Made by a program: the position numbers and the translations under genes. A stretch of 25,251 nt of DNA, taken from positions 1 to 25,251 of IMG/VR virus record IMGVR_UViG_3300012527_000004. The stretch is one strand, 5' to 3'. This DNA comes from a virus (taxonomy: Duplodnaviria; Caudoviricetes). Of the stretch, positions 24,537 to 25,251 are shown piece after piece. Each line of letters opens with the position of its first letter. The stretch's first letter is position 1. The notes below the pieces were generated by a model, which was given only the letters and a program-made list of their open reading frames with translations, was not told the DNA's origin and did no database searches.

Positions 24537-24934
24537 GCGGTGGCCTCCGTGTCGGTGAGCGGGTACAGGGTGTGCAACAGGCCGGGGTCGCCATAGGCCG
24601 TGATGGCGTTGTCTACGACAGTCAGAGTGATCGCTTCCAACTCGCCGTTGAGCCATCCGCGGACGCGGCGCTCGTTGACGTGTAGTAGCGCGGCGATGTC
24701 CTGCGGGGAGCCGGGTAGCGTTGCGAGCCATTCGCAGAATGGTTTGGCGTCGAGCTGGTTGCGGCGGCGGGCCAGGTTCGCTTCGATACATGTGTTCGCG
24801 TGCCCGTGGACGAAGCGTCGCGGCTGGCCCTTCACTTCGCCACGGTTGCTGCGGTTCTCTTGGATGATCGCTGTGGGTTGCCCGCAACCGCACTGGCAAA
24901 TACCGGCTTGGGTGCGTTGCTCGGACGGCGTCAT
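24533..24934 (-). CDS. CxCGCG-module plus helix-turn-helix protein
   Basis: CQCGCG...GQPRRFVHGH then PQDIAALLHVNERRVRGWLNG (Xre-like HTH); ATGA overlaps at both ends. Confidence 0.75.
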   Translation of the reverse strand: MTPSEQRTQAGICQCGCGQPTAIIQENRSNRGEVKGQPRRFVHGHANTCIEANLARRRNQLDAKPFCEWLATLPGSPQDIAALLHVNERRVRGWLNGELEAITLTVVDNAITAYGDPGLLHTLYPLTDTEATA

Positions 24935-25251
24935 GCGGGGTACCTGACAGCGTGACCCGCCGCGATCATCGCGTCAGCCACACTGACGCGGCCACCAGCA
25001 AGATCAGTCACCCACACGTCACACACCCACCTGGCGAACGATTGGCGGTCCCGATACGACGTCATCAGGAGCGGCCGGTTTTCGATGGTGTCGAGCAGCC
25101 AGGCGGTTGCCTGCGGGCCGGCGGGTGCGGTCCGTTCGGGTGCGTTGACGCCTCGCAGCCGGACGGTGATGTGTGCGCGCACCTGGAATCCCAGGTCGAC
25201 GTCTAGGACCATGGTGTCTGCGTCGATGGCGCGGTGGAGGCGTGCGCGGTA
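24931..25251 (-). CDS. Thermonuclease (SNase-like) family protein, 5' end outside window
   Basis: Frame open to the edge: YRARLHRAIDADTMVLDVDLGF...VRLRGVNAPE...SFARW...MIAAGHA. Confidence 0.88.
   Translation of the reverse strand, partial: YRARLHRAIDADTMVLDVDLGFQVRAHITVRLRGVNAPERTAPAGPQATAWLLDTIENRPLLMTSYRDRQSFARWVCDVWVTDLAGGRVSVADAMIAAGHAVRYPA

Larger units (their letters stand above)
1..25251 (-). mobile_element. Phage/prophage segment with contractile (myovirus-like) tail; continues beyond both window edges
   Basis: Co-oriented terminase-portal-scaffold-capsid-neck-sheath-tube-tape measure-baseplate genes in canonical order. No integrase or att site in the window, so integration status is unknown. 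Confidence 0.97.

Noticed and set aside
6246-24899. Long N-terminal extensions in the ORF track (starts 7043, 10299, 13895, 17372, 23120, 23293, 23976, 24899)
   Set aside because: They overlap upstream genes; shorter starts with RBS and/or stop-start overlap fit better.
362-25206. Many long plus-strand ORFs (e.g. 2335..3498, 7155..8345, 12029..13027, 18561..19733)
   Set aside because: Antisense shadows of GC-rich minus-strand genes; no recognisable motifs and they fully overlap well-supported genes.
1-25251. CRISPR array, rRNA, integrase or IS element
   Set aside because: No regularly spaced repeats, RNA gene signatures or recombinase/transposase motifs seen; the window is almost fully coding.

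Overview
High-GC (actinobacterial-type) phage or prophage segment with about 40 genes, all on the minus strand and mostly joined by ATGA/GTGA/TGATG overlaps. In transcription order (right to left) it starts with an accessory block: thermonuclease, CxCGCG-HTH protein, VUT/YhhQ-family transporter, TGT-fold DpdA-like enzyme, three hypotheticals, two free-standing HNH endonucleases and a 29-aa membrane peptide. Next come a packaging HNH, a candidate cos region, TerS, TerL, an HK97-type portal, a scaffold (no protease) and the major capsid protein. Head accessory and neck genes follow, then a full contractile-tail module (sheath, tube, frameshifted chaperone, tape measure, LysM protein, hub with two wall-hydrolase domains, mini spike, gp25, J, I, fibre), and finally membrane and collagen-like genes. 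Most notable: (1) an HNH gene that sits inside a tiny gene and carries a synonymously recoded copy of that gene's first 7 codons; (2) a transporter plus DpdA-like cassette with no que biosynthesis genes in the window, bounded by a duplicated gene start; (3) a nested RNA-like structure covering a likely RBS upstream of the packaging genes; (4) a G+T/C+A skew inversion at the predicted cos. All family calls come from motif recognition and gene order by eye; no searches were run.
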